Shown in pieces: positions 32,795 through 45,700 of a stretch of DNA of 64,000 bases. The notes beneath the pieces were generated by a model that saw only the letters and a list, made by a program, of their open reading frames with translations, had not been told where the DNA came from and made no database searches. This DNA comes from Zootoca vivipara (taxonomy: Eukaryota): the NCBI RefSeq assembly GCF_963506605.1, contig NC_083281.1, positions 16,554,001 through 16,618,000 of the forward strand, read 5' to 3'. The number at the start of each line of letters is the position of its first letter. The stretch's first letter is position 1. A program made the position numbers and the translations under genes.

Positions 32795-34507
32795 TTTTAA
32801 AAAATATTTATTTAAAAATTCCAATTAAACCAAATAATACATTCCAGATTATACACATTATCCAATAATCAAACAATCCCAATGTTATGCATAATTATAA
32901 ATTATAAATTGTTGTTTTTGTTGTTGTTGTTTAGCTGGCTTCCCATATTTCGAGATCAGAGGGAATCCTTATCATCTCATAGTTCTACTGGATTTCAAAA
33001 TATTACAATAATTCCCTTCATACATTCTGTTGTAAATCCGTCATTATTTTCAACAGCCTCTGTGTTCATTCTACAAGTGAGTTTAAGTCCAAATAAAATG
33101 TTTCTGTGTGGATTTTATGACTTTATTCTTCTTCTTTATAGTCCAAATCTGTAGTCCAAGATTTCCCTCTGTCAATTCACACCCTCCCTTCACAAACTGG
33201 TGTTTCTGTCGAATCAGTCCAGGAGCCTTCCAGTGCAGGTATCTGCCATATTGACGCACAGTCCAGATAAAATCAAATGATGGCTTCTGCCCAATGTTGC
33301 TCCTGTTGTTGTTGTTGTTGTTTAGTCATTTAGTCGTGTCCGACTCTTCGTGACCCCATGGACCAAAGCACGCCAGGCACTCCTGTCTTCCACTGCCTGC
33401 CGCAGTTTGGTCAGACTCATGTTTGTAGCTTCAAGAACACTGTCCTACCATCTCGTCCTCTGTCGTCCCCTTCTCCTAGTGCCCTCAATCTTTCCCAATA
33501 TCAGGGTCTTTTCCAGGGAGTCTTCTCTTCTCATGAGGTGGTCAAAGTTGCTCCTTAACCAACTGCTATTCAAACATTAGCTTTTCCCTGGGGGGGGGGC
33601 GGTTACCAAGTAAACTGGAACTACAAGTATCAAAAAATAAAATGTTAGAGGTTTACCACCACCACCCAATAGCAATACAATTTGATTCAGATAGCTGGTC
33701 AGTCTACTTTCAGTTTCACTCCTGGCTCCTTGCTGAATTAATACTGTGTCACAAACCTCCCAAGAAGATATCCAAAGTTCTTTGGCGTTTCTCCAGTTGT
33801 TAATGAGGTGTCTCTTCTACTCCAGTATAAAAAATCGGAGGGTCTTTTGATCTTCTTCCAGGAAACCAAGAATCAATGACCTTGATTTTCCTTGTTATTT
33901 TTTGCAGTCATTTCTGCACATAGTAATTATTAGAGTTATTAAAACCTTATCATATCAACAAATGCAATTTTTTTAGTCTCACTTGCTTTCATAAGTCCGG
34001 TAGCCGTTCCTTAAAGAGGGAAATTGCCAAGTGTAATCACATAGACAAATATTGAAGGGAAGTAAATAAAGGCTCAACACCCCCCCCCCTCTTTCCGTTC
34101 CGTCAAACCGGAATCTCAGATGATAATCCCTTTTTTCAATCAAGTCTTCTAAGTCTTCAGGGGCTGAATTGATTAGCAGAGAAAATCCTCCCTCTTCACT
34201 CAAAGCATGTCCATAATTTAAATCCAATTTTTCATCTTAAGAAATGGAAACTTCTCGCTCGTGGGGACTGCTTCGGAGAGTGCAAGAATAGTGCAGGGGC
34301 TTTCAATCCAGCACCGCCCACCCCGCCCCCATCCCCTTAGTCCCTCCAGAATTGGGGCCAGGTGTTGGGTGACCGCAGATGAGACTATTTCCTCCGGCCC
34401 TGGAGGAGTTTGGGAGGCTGATTACTCCCATCTCACCCTCTAATTGCCCGTGTGAAATGGAGATGGTGGAATTTCAGCCATCTTCAGTGGCAATGAGCCG
34501 GAGGTCC
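32795..34507 (-). mobile_element. ~1.5-kb non-coding L1-style retroposon in the 3' flank of copy C
   Basis: Right-hand TSD copy ATGCCCCCTAACTGTT (34508-34523) matches left-hand ATGCCCCCTGACTGTT in copy D (50334-50349), degenerate in C (32779-32794). A-rich 3' tail; 5' end GGACCTCCGG...AAGATGGCTG. Remnants at ~8538-8793 and ~22277-22531. Confidence 0.7.
33305..33546 (-). mobile_element. BovB 3' fragment
   Basis: (GTT)n tail, TSD GTTGCTCCT. Confidence 0.9.
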
Positions 34508-34627
34508 ATGCCCCCTAACTGTTGAACCTTATTTATCTATTCTACGCTCACAGAGGCATGAGCAGAAAGAAATGGAATTCAAATTGCCACCTTTGCTTCC
34601 TTCAAAGATATGACTACTTGGGGGCTA

Positions 34628-34868
34628 CAGTAGTACCTCAGTTTTTGAGTGTCTCGGAACCTGAATGTTTCAAAACCCTAACGCTCAAAACGCGTAAGAA
34701 ATTCCTTCCGTTTCCGAGCACACCTTGGAAGTTTAACGGCTTTCGCTGTTTGTTTGTCTTTTTACTCCATTGACTTTGCCAACTGCCCTTTGTGCCTCAG
34801 TTGTCAAACATTTCAGAATTCGAACGGTCTTCCGGAAGAGATTACATTCAACAACCAAGGTACCACTC
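34628..34868. mobile_element. Tigger-like MITE
   Basis: CAGTAGTACCTC...GGTACCACTC termini, flanked by TA. Confidence 0.65.
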
Positions 34869-35069
34869 TATATCCTTATCTGCTTTATATCCAGCAGATA
34901 TAAAGTATAGCCGCCTGAGTCAGAGGAAGTTAGGGCCAGGCCTCTTCCAATTTCCTGTTAAAGATTAAAACACATTTGCCACACTCCCCATTTTAAAAAG
35001 GCAAAAAGAAGATATCATTTGACTCCCTTTTCCTGCAGAACATTTGTATTAGGGCACCAACAGGTTGGT

Positions 35070-35593
35070 GTGCTGAAGGGGCAGTCGGGTATCAGCACCG
35101 GGGGTCAGGAGAAGCCAAAGTCAGGAGCAGTCCGCATCAAGAACCAGCCAAGGTGGGTATCAGTACCAGGGCTCAGGAGAAGCTGAGGTCAGGAGCTAAA
35201 GTCAGGAACACTGGAATCAGGAAGAGGATGGAGCAGGACAACTACGTGCTTCAGCACAGCAGTTGCAAATGCTGGCGAAGGGAGCAGCCGGCACTCATCA
35301 TGCCTCTTACGAGCGGCAGCTGCCTTCAATTCTTCCCTCCGTTTCTCAGCTCTACACTCTACAGCTGTGAAGGCAGGAGGGGAGGGGGCCTGCTGACTCC
35401 TCTCCTCACAAGGCCCTGATTCTGCCTCAACTCCTTCCTCCTCCTGCTCTGGTCTTCCCTCTTCCCTATCTGCTTCTTCCTCTTCTGCGGAGTGCCGCCA
35501 TCCCTCCTCACCAGGTATGAAATCCTCAATTTCCACAGATTCTCCCAGGGGGGCTTCCTCCCGGGGGGGGGGCCCTTGCCTCCACTCTCCCTC
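35070..35593. mobile_element. Probable LTR-derived repeat fragment
   Basis: GC-rich segment with short GTCAGGAG repeats and an acidic antisense ORF, abutting the start of the copy D unit. Family not confirmed. Confidence 0.35.
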
Positions 35594-35606
35594 AAAATTG
35601 TATCAG

Positions 35607-35714
35607 CAGGGCCAGCCCTAAGGCCAGACAGCTGTGCTGGGAAACAGGGGGTGGGCGCCGGAGGGATCTTCGCACCACGGCGCCAGGGCACCACATAGGC
35701 TTAAGACGGCCCTG
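35607..35714. mobile_element. Small hAT-type MITE
   Basis: CAGGGCC...GGCCCTG termini, 8-bp TSD TGTATCAG; empty site in units B and C. Confidence 0.85.
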
Positions 35715-36301
35715 TGTATCAGGTCCCATCTTACTTTTTATCTAAGCTAAAAAGGCTGCACGCTTTCAACATAGCGAAGTTGCTCCATCTCCTTGATCAT
35801 CTTGGTTGTCCTTTCCTGAGTCTTTTCTCAACTCTAAAATGTCCCTTTTCAGGTGAGCTTATGAGAACTGCACACTAACGTTCTCCTGTCCACTGGAAGA
35901 AGCCCTCAGCCTAACCGGCCCAGTGCTATTTCTGTTCAAATGCCCCAGTTTCCGAGTGTTCTGGCAAACGGATCTCTGAAGTGCATGTGCTCAAGATGAC
36001 AACCTCCATAGCCATGCCTTTTTGAAGGCTATGCAGCAAAAATCAAGGCAGGCCTTTTGTTTTTAATACCAAATCATATTTCTCCACATAATTTCCAGTG
36101 GCCCTTGCTGTGCTTAACTTCCAGCCTGATAAAGAGTCCTGCTGGGCTCAGAGGCTTGCGCAGTATTTTGTGACATTCTGGGTTGGCCCCAATAAAGGGA
36201 CTCTGAAGGTTTTCAAGATAAATGTGGCCATGCCTGCTCATGTCACCACCCACTTTCAATGCTTGGCTTATTTGGTGAACTTCTCCCTGAGAAAAGCTCA
36301 T

Positions 36302-36307
<6 letters not shown>

Positions 36308-36347
<40 letters not shown>
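36308..36347. repeat. (TG)n microsatellite upstream of copy D
   Basis: Direct observation; shorter in units B and C. Confidence 0.9.
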
Positions 36348-36351
<4 letters not shown>

Positions 36352-36598
36352 AGTTTGACAAATGGTGTTGCATTCCTCCTGTGCAATGAATGGTGATGCT
36401 TTCCCCCTGCCTGTTCCTGTTCTGCTTGCACCATTATTGGTGAATACCGCAATGCACTTTATGTGGGCCTGCCCTTGAATTTGATTCTGGGATTCTGTCT
36501 CTATCATTGACTCCCTGGACTACTCTATCACTGCCACAGACACCCCTTTGCAGCCTCTTTCTCAGCTGGCAACTCCCTGTCATCACTATCTGTCCATC

Positions 36599-36671
36599 TG
36601 AACTTTGCTCTGGAAAGTCTTCTCTTGACTTGCAAGAAGACATTGAGCAGAGAGTAAACAAGTTGCACAAT
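36599..36671 (+). promoter_or_regulatory. Same DR1/forkhead/C/EBP module, copy D
   Basis: TGAACTTTGCTCT, GTAAACA, GTTGCACAAT. Confidence 0.55.
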
Positions 36672-36796
36672 TTCAAGGAGGGGGTTCTTCCAAAGGTATG
36701 TAACAGGCTCAAGCCGAGCTGGGCAGGTATTTTCTCTTCCAAGCTTGTCAGTAACACATTGCCTGTAGAGCTCCACAGGCCACCCGCAACCTTCCC

Positions 36797-39700
36797 ATGG
36801 ATCTCCTGACAGCAGCAGCCCTTATCCTGATCATCTGCCTCTCTTGCCTGACGGTCCTCTCAACATGGCAGCAGATGCACCGCAAAAGCCAGATGCCACC
36901 TGGACCAACTCCCCTCCCCTTCATCGGGAACCTGCTCCAAGTCAACACAAGTGATATCTACCGTTCACTCATGAAGGTAACTTTCTATAATGTGTCAGTT
37001 ATCCACTCTCTGATGGTTTCTATATACTGCTGCTTAATGAAGATCACTCCACACGAGGAAAGAGCGCTCTTGCGTTCGGGTCCTGCTTGAAGGTTTCCCA
37101 GAAGGGGCATCTGGTTGGTCTCTCTGAGAACAGGACACTGGACTCTAGATGTGCTCCCTTTTAATTTGATCCAGCAGGCTCTCCTTGTGCTCTCTTTTCA
37201 CAGATTCGTGAGAAATATGGTCCTGTCTACACCATCCACTTAGGGCCCCGTCGTATTGTGGTCTTGTGTGGATACGATGCCGTGAAGGAGGCCCTGGTGG
37301 ATCAGGCTGAAGAGTTTGGTGGCCGTAGAGAGCAAGCCTTATTTAATTGGCTTTTCCGGGGTTACGGTCAGTCTCTTCTTGGGCAATTTTTGGCCTGAGC
37401 ACATTTTTACTGGCATTTATATGGCACCTTCTAGCAAGCTTAACACCGGAGAGTCTCAATGCTGGTTCTGTGCCATAGATTATTGTTATATCCTTTTTAC
37501 TGAGGAGGTGAATGAGCCTGAGAGCCTCTCTACCTATTTAAAAAAAACCACACATATCCTGGGATGTGCTCCCAAAAGGTGGATTCTGAACTTTAAAACT
37601 GGACAAGATTTGAAAATGAATAGGTTTTCATCATTATTATTTGTTGGAGGTGGGGGGGGGGAATCTCCATCACTGTGTGTTTTCAGCCACATTCCCACTG
37701 AGTGCACATTCTCCTATTCCTCCTTCCCATTACTCCTCCTTTGCTTCTCAGGGGTTGCCTTCAGTAATGGGGAAAGGGCCAAACAGCTACGCCGATTCTC
37801 CATCATGACGCTGAAGAATTTTGGGATGGGAAAGAGATCCGCCGAAGAGCGGATCCAGGAGGAGACCCACTTCCTGCTGGAATCCCTAAGGGCAACAAAA
37901 AGTGAGCTCAGTTTTGGTATCTTCAAGAAATGTGGCATAATGGCTTACAAGGAATAGTAACTGTTGACGGATAACTGGGAATTTAATGCTGATAAACTGA
38001 ATCTTTGGGTTTAATTTAGAAGATGTTTCATGAGTTTTTACAATAAGTATTAATTGTTGTTTTTATGTGTATACTCTTCTAATTAATATTCTGCAAGCCA
38101 CCTTGAGAACTTTAGATGAACAGCGAGGGAGAAATCTGCAGATAAAAGAAAACACCATTAAAGACTGGGTTGATTTGCAAAGGCTTGCCTTGATTTGCTC
38201 CAGGGTTGAGTGACTTGGGGGTCTCTCTTTCTAGGTGAACCCTTTGACCCCACTTTTGTCCTGAGCCGCTCAGTGTCCAACATCATCAGCTCCATCGCCT
38301 TTGGCAACCGCTTTGAATATGAAGATCACGAGTTTCTCTTCTTGCTCCGCGCTATTCTGGAAACCTTCGAGTTTGCTTCCACCTCTTGGGGACAGGTAAA
38401 TTGGAGGGGAAGTGGAGAACTTCCATCGTGAGTTTGTGAATAATGCAATTTCTCTTTATCTACTCAAAGCATGGTATGCAGGACAGCCACCACTGGGTGG
38501 GGCTCTCTCATTACCCCAGTAGTCAAGACACAGGGTTAGAAGCTAAGGAGCTAGATCACATTCAGGGGTCTGAGTGAGCCTGACAAACAAAAGCCAATAT
38601 TACAGTCTTCCATACCAGCAGAAGCTAAGTTCTCCACAAGTGGGCAGAACTTGGGAAAGGCTTTAAAATGGTTTTGATATCTGTTGCAGCAAGCGTCTCA
38701 CTCTGAGCTCTCCATGGTGCTGCAACTCCTTATCTGCCTTGCTCTCTGGTCAGGCTCTGCCTGGAGCAAGTTTACAACGTTGCCTCAACCAGAGCAAATC
38801 TCAGATTGAGGCAGTGAAGCTTGAATTCCTCCTCACCCCCTGATTCTTTCTCTATGTTGCCTTCCTTCTCACTCAAAGAGGAGAAGTCAGGCCCTGAGGT
38901 TTTGTCTGTGATGAGTTTATGGCTTAGTCAGCACCAAGTTATATCTGGGTGGAGTCAGGAGTACCTTCTGTCTGTTCTTCTTGGAGAGACACTTCTCCAG
39001 TCTCCCTTCTTTCAAGCCTCCTGTTTTTCCCAAACCTTTCATGATAATGAAGAACCAAGGGAGGGAGGAACTCCTGCTTCTGCCTGCCCCCAAAATCAAT
39101 CTCAACTGACTTTGTTCAATATCTTTTCTCTCTCATCCTCCCCCGAACTCTGCATTCCTCCAAACCCAACACACACAGCTGTACGACATGTTCTCGGGCA
39201 TCATGCAGCACCTGCCTGGCCCACAAGATAAAGCCTTCAAGAAGCTGTTGGGTCTGAAGGAGTTTATTATGAAGAAGGTAAAAGCAAACAAGGAGACCCT
39301 GGACCCCAACAACCCTCGGGATTTTATTGATTGCTTCCTAGTGAAAATGCAGCAGGTAAGATTGTGTTCTTCTAAAGCAGGCATCCCCAAACTGCGGCCC
39401 TCCAGATTTTTTTGGCCTACAACTCCCATCATCCCTAGCTAACAGGACCAGTGGTCGGGGAAGATGGGAATTGTAGTCCAAAACATCTGGAGGGACGAAG
39501 TTTGGGGATGCCTGTTCTAAAGACTATGATCAATTTCTGTGTAAGGAAACTGTAGATCCTGTTTGAACCAGGAAAAGTTTGAAACTTAGATGGCTTTAAA
39601 AGAGGATTACACACGTTGATGGGGAATGTTCTACTGAAGGCTACTGGCCAGGATGGATGTAACCTGCTCTCGACGGGTTGGTTGCAATGTTGGTTGCAAT

Positions 39701-42700
39701 ACCAGTTGTTGGAAACCATGGGAGGGGAGAGTACTCTTCTGCTCGAACCCTCCTTCCCAGCGGGGCATCTGGATGGCTCCTGTGAAAACAAGAAGCTGAA
39801 ATAGATGGGCCTGATTCAGCAGGCACTTCTCCTTTGCCTCTGTAACCTTTCTGCACAAAAGGAATGTGTTACACCTTCCTCCCACTCCACTCAACCCTCT
39901 GTTCCCCACACAATCACTGGGCTCCTTTTCAGCACCCCATGACTGCCCCTTCCCCTCATTGGATTGAGCATGACATCACTGCAGCTCAGCCAATCATTAG
40001 GGGGGGGAGAGAGCTTCATAGACAGGAGGCAGTCAGATTGTAGTCTATCCCAAGATATAATCTGTGAAATATCCTCTTTCCCCATTTTTCTTCTTGCTAG
40101 GAAAAAGAAAATCCAAACTCAGAGTTCTTCCTAGAAAATCTCATTATTACAACCCTCAATGTCTTCTTTGCTGGCACAGAAACAGTAAGCACCACCTTGC
40201 GCTATGGGATTCTTCTTCTGCTGAAATACCCGGAGATTGAAGGTGAATGCAGAAGCAGTTGAAAAGGGGGGTGGAGAAACATCTGTGTTTTTGCCAGTTA
40301 TGAACTGGGATTCCTGTTTAGCTCCCCGGAAGGTGCAAATGGACACTTTTTGTCACATCCTGCTGATTTCTCAACAGAGAAGATCCACAACGAGATTGAA
40401 CGTGTGATTGGTCGGAATCGCATTCCCAACATGGATGACCGTCCCCTGATGCCCTATACAGATGCTGTGATCCACGAGATCCAGAGATTCTCAGATCTGG
40501 TCCCAGCAGGGTTAGCAAGACGTGTGACCTGTGATACCAAGTTCCGGGGATACGCCATTCCCAAGGTACTGTGGTTTAATTCATTCCTGAGCCTTAGACT
40601 CCGCCCTTCATTACATTTTCCAGACAAGTTTTGTGGGCTAGCAAATTCCCCTGAGGCACCTCTGTCTCTGACCTGTCTGCCATCATCATTGTGGGGGTAT
40701 CCGAGTCAAATCCAAAATAAGACCTGAAGAGCCCAGCCAGATGAAAGTAGCCCCCGGACAGCAGGAAACCACCGAGACTGCAGCTGCCGCTGCACAGGAG
40801 TCCAGTGGTCCCGGTGGACTGCCCGGAGAGCCGCCGACTCCCCTCCCCAGCGACCGCGCCGGATCGGGATAGCCCCCGAGCGCGCTGGGGCTTGGAACGC
40901 GGAGCGCCGACGCTCCGGCAGAAAGGGAGAGCCCCTGAGCGTGCTGGGGCTTGCAACGCGGAGCGCCGACGCTCCGGCAGAAAGGGAGAGCCCCTGAGCG
41001 TGCTGGGGCTTGCAACGCGGAGCGCCGACACTCCGGCAGAGAGGGAGAACCCCTGAGCGTGCTGGGGCTTGCACCCCGGAGTGCCGACGCTCCGAAAAAA
41101 AGGGAGACCACCCGAGCGCGCTGCCGCCATCACCCTCCCCTCCTGGGACAAAGGGAGGAGAGAGAGAGAAAGAGCCATCAAGACCACCGCAGCGGCCGCG
41201 GCTGCAGCCGCCCTCTCCCTCACTGAGACGAAGAGAGAAGAGGGAGAAAAAACCCGCTGAGGCGAGGGGCCTCGGTCCTACCGTCGCACCCTGGTCCACA
41301 AGCCCCGCCGAAAGACCACTGCCACTAACGAGGAAGAAGAGGCGAGGTAGGAGGACAAAGGCCGTGGGGGAAACACGAGGCAAAAACCAGGCCCTCTCAC
41401 CCCACCAACGAGGCCCGTTCGAAAAGACACAGCTTTTGCAATTTTTTGAAATTTTTAAAAATATTTTCCTCTAATTTTTTATTATTATCACCATTATTTT
41501 CTTTTTCTAAATTTTTTCTAACCCCCCCCCCTATTTTTTCCTTTTCTTTTCTACATATATACATATATTAATTGCTGCTCTTAACGGGGGAGATCCAGAG
41601 AGAAGCAGCGCGAGGGAGGACTCCCGGAGGGAGAAATAACACTGCTTGAGATCACCTAAGGAGATCTCAGTTTATTTTTTGTCTTTGTTTTTGTTTTGTG
41701 TTGCTTCTCCAATTCCCCCCCCCCAACTATCTTTTTCATCTTTTCAATTTTTATATTACTCTTATTTTCCAATCTCTATTGTTATTTTTAACACCCCCCC
41801 CCAGCACTCTCCAGTCCTTCTAACTTGGAAAACAAAATATAAACAGGAAAGCCCCCCCCCTCCAATTTTCCCCCCTTCCTTTTTCTTTTCTTCCTCCTTT
41901 TTTATTTATTAATATCTCCCTTTTTAAGGGGGGCGCTGCGACTGCAGCCACCTCCTCCACATAATTTTGCTTTTTATATCTCATTTTCGGCTATATATAT
42001 CACTCATATTTTTGGATATATATACCACTTATATTTTTATCTCCATTTTACTTTTTAACCCCCCTTTACTCTTCTCCCCCCCCACCAGCATCTTTACACC
42101 AATAACATCCCACTCCCACCCTTAACACACAGAACCCCCCCTTAGTTACTAACACCCAACCACCCCCTTCTACGCATCTCCCTCTCCCCACTCTCCCCAC
42201 CCCATTTCCCGCCCGCCCCCACGCCTGTCTGACCACTTTATTTTATTTCACTCCCTAAATCCACCCCACACCTGATCCCAGCATCTCTCTGTCAAAAAGG
42301 GGACCACTGCCGCTGCAGTCATCCCTACTTTGATTGATTGCTAATACCCCCATCCCTCACACTGTTCCCCAGCCCAGCCCCAGCTCCCAATTAATACCTC
42401 ACTTTAAGTTTGCCTGTTCCCTGCTCCCTCCCCCCTTAACCCCTAAAACTACATACCCATACCTCCACCCGCTTTCATCAACAACCCCCCCAGCAAACCC
42501 TTACCCCACATCAAACCTAAAAGCACCAATACAATAAACCATCACTGCTACTACTTTCCCTCCTCCCTTCCCTCCCCCCTCTCTCCCTCTCTCTCTACCG
42601 CCCTTTCACTCCTTCCCTCCCCCCCCACTCCCCCACTTCCCTCCAACCCCCATCTACCTTCCAATCTCCTATCCCTCCCCCTCTCCCCCTTCTTTTCCCT

Positions 42701-45700
42701 CCTCCTAAATCTCCTCTCCCTCCTCTTTCCCACCCTCTGACACTATACAGTTCTGCTTAAATCTACCTGAAAACAATCCTGCCACTCTCAAATCCCTTAA
42801 TTACCTGTTGTGGATCCAGAACCCCCAACTGGACCCCAACACCCCCCCCTGAACACACGAGGGTGCACCACTGAGGAGAACGCGAGAACTCCAGAGAAGC
42901 TTGCAAACACAACCCAGGCGACACACAAATGACCGCCTAATTCAAACGCTCTGAATAGCCACCAATCAACGCCTGATCAATCCAACAACCTAACACCACG
43001 ACTCCCAATCACAACAAACCCTACTCCAAGAAGTCACCAAGCAGACCCCAAACCGAAAACCCCAGGGAAACCACGACAACACCAACCAGGAACATGGCAA
43101 ACAGTGCTGAGAACGTAACGCCTCTCCAAGAAGACGACCACCCGATGACTAAAAAAGATCAGAGGGATCTGGAAACAAGACTAATAGAGAGAATAACGAA
43201 AGAATTAACAAAACAGTTCACAAAACAACTGGAGGACGCAGTGGCCCCCCTACAGGCACAAGTCAATGAACTAACATCCAAACTGGTAGCTCTGGAGAAC
43301 GAGAACCAAACACAAAAAAGGGCAATAGAGCAACACCAGGAGGAAAACACACATATAAAAAAGAAACTGAACGAACTGGAAACAGAAAACGAAGAACTGA
43401 AAATCAAACAAGCGGACCTTGAAGATCGGAATAGACGCTGCAACATCCGCTTTCGCAACTTTCCGGAAAAAGCGGAAGAGAAAAGCCCAGCGCACCTAAT
43501 AGTAAGCTGGCTAAGAGACACAGTGCCAAACCTGAAAATCGAGATAGATGACCTGGAGAGGGCACACAGAGCTCTAAGACCCATGCCAGAACCCGGCGAA
43601 CCCCCAAGGGACATCATCGTGTGCTTCGCACGATACAAGAAGAAAGAAGAAATCTGGAACCACCTTAGAAATTCGACCAACCTTCAATACAAAAACAACA
43701 ACATACTGGCCTTACAAGATCTGTCCCAAGATACCCTAATCCGGAGGAAAACCCTACGCCCATGCACCCGAAGTCTCCAAGAAGCAGGGATCAAATACCG
43801 ATGGGGCTTCCCCTTCCGCCTCATTGCAACAAAAAACGCAAAACAACACACAGCTACCAACAAAACGGAAGCCAGGCAGCTACTGAAGGACCTCGGACTC
43901 AACATCCCACTGGAATGGCTTCAAGAGGACCCACCAAGCGACAGCCAAGACCAAGACAACGAAACAACAGCAAATGGCTGGACGAAAGTCCAGAACAACA
44001 AGAAGAAAAAGGCAAAGAATCAAGAGCAACACAAAGCACGCAAATACAACCAAACAACACCATCATGCGCGAAACCATCCGGCCGACCATACGACACGAG
44101 AAGCCTGACCAAGACCGACTAAGTCAACACAGCACAGAGGAACGACCCTACTGCAACAACAACTGCAGCAAAATGAAGCAGCCGGAAAACATCTCAAGCG
44201 GAAGGACTGGTGACTCTCCCCCCCCTCCCCCCTTCCCTCTAGGCTAAGAAAAGCACTGACACCAACAACATTCCCCCCCAGCCCCACAACCCCACAGAAA
44301 CCGCCACTCCAACACCAGTCCAGACAATCTCAACCACACACCCCACCACCCAACAACTCATAACACACACCCTCAACACACACACCCAATCCATTCTAAG
44401 GAAAAATAACAAATGCAACCTACACTACCCAACCTACGATCAGGCTAAAAGATAAAACCCAATCAGCACAATGGTGGCACCAGAGAGCGCACCAACACTC
44501 ACACCGACACCCTAACACAAAAATGATGTTGCTATTAATACTGGCAACATTGTTCCCAAACCCTATGCCTGACATCCATGCCACAAGGATGCTTTACATC
44601 GTCTCGCTGATCACCCCCCCTCGTAATCGACAAGGGGGAAGGCCTGTCTCTGGACACGGCCCTCCACATCAGCTGAGACCCAGGGCCAACAGGCCAAGGG
44701 CCGAACGGCCTAAAATACCCCAAACGAATGCCTATAAACCTACACATAGGAAACTCTATACAACTTACCCCCCACTCTCTAACCCAAACCTAACTCCAAC
44801 CCCATTAGCCCCCTACCCACCACACCCTAGGTCAGCGAAACCCCAATGGTTCAGCAAACAACACATAGTGAGAGACACAGGACAACCTGGACGGGTTGGC
44901 AAGGATTTGCCTTACACAAGAGATAGACATGATGGCTAACTTAAAAGCGATTACATTAAATGTGAGGGGGTTGGGAAACCCCATTAAAAGAAAACGCATT
45001 ACCTCATACATAAACACCATGAAACCACACATCACCTTCCTACAAGAAGTACACAACCCCCCCAAAGGGAACAAACTTCTGAGCGACCCCCGCTTCAGTC
45101 AACAATGGGTGGCACAAGGCTCAGGAAAGGCTCGTGGAGTTGCTGTAATACTTAATAAAGACCTAAACTTCAAAGCCACAACAGTCCTGAAGGACAAAAA
45201 GGGCAGATTCATTTTCATCAAAGGAACACTAGATGGCAAAATTAAACTGACAATCGGCTCTATATATGCTCCAAACTCAAAACAACTAGAATTCTTCCAG
45301 AAGACATTGAACAAACTTCTCTCCTTCATGGAAGGGGAAGCCATCCTAGGAGGCGACCTCAACCTAAATATGAAAGGCATATCCCTAAAAAACATCCAAT
45401 CTACAACCCCATGGGCAACTTTTCTTCGCGGAAAACCCCCAATAACTAGGGACTCTTACAAGTTAATAAAGCTGCTAAAAGACAGGGGTCTCTACGACAT
45501 TTGGAGTGAACAAAACCCGGGAGACACTACCCACACATTCCAATCTGGACGACATGGCACAACGTCCAGATTGGACAGCATTCTGCTCACACAGAGTCTA
45601 ATCCCTCAGGTGGAATCATCAAACATAGGCAACATTAAAATCACAGACCATGCCCCAGTAGAAGTCACCATTAAAATAGGAGAGAGAACACATAGTACCC

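Noticed and set aside
40866-41123. Hairpin-containing repeats resembling a CRISPR array
   Set aside because: Head-to-tail monomers without unique spacers, no cas genes, vertebrate context.
40594-41383. Antisense ORFs of 209-225 aa over the L1 5'UTR (ORF0-like?)
   Set aside because: They start at non-ATG codons, lie in a GC-rich tandem repeat with few stops, translate into repetitive sequence, and run out of the element.
41347-42750. Possible intron within the L1 5'UTR (GTAGG donor to TACAG acceptor)
   Set aside because: The retrotransposed copy retains it, and its ATG depletion fits an exonic leader better; no transcript evidence.
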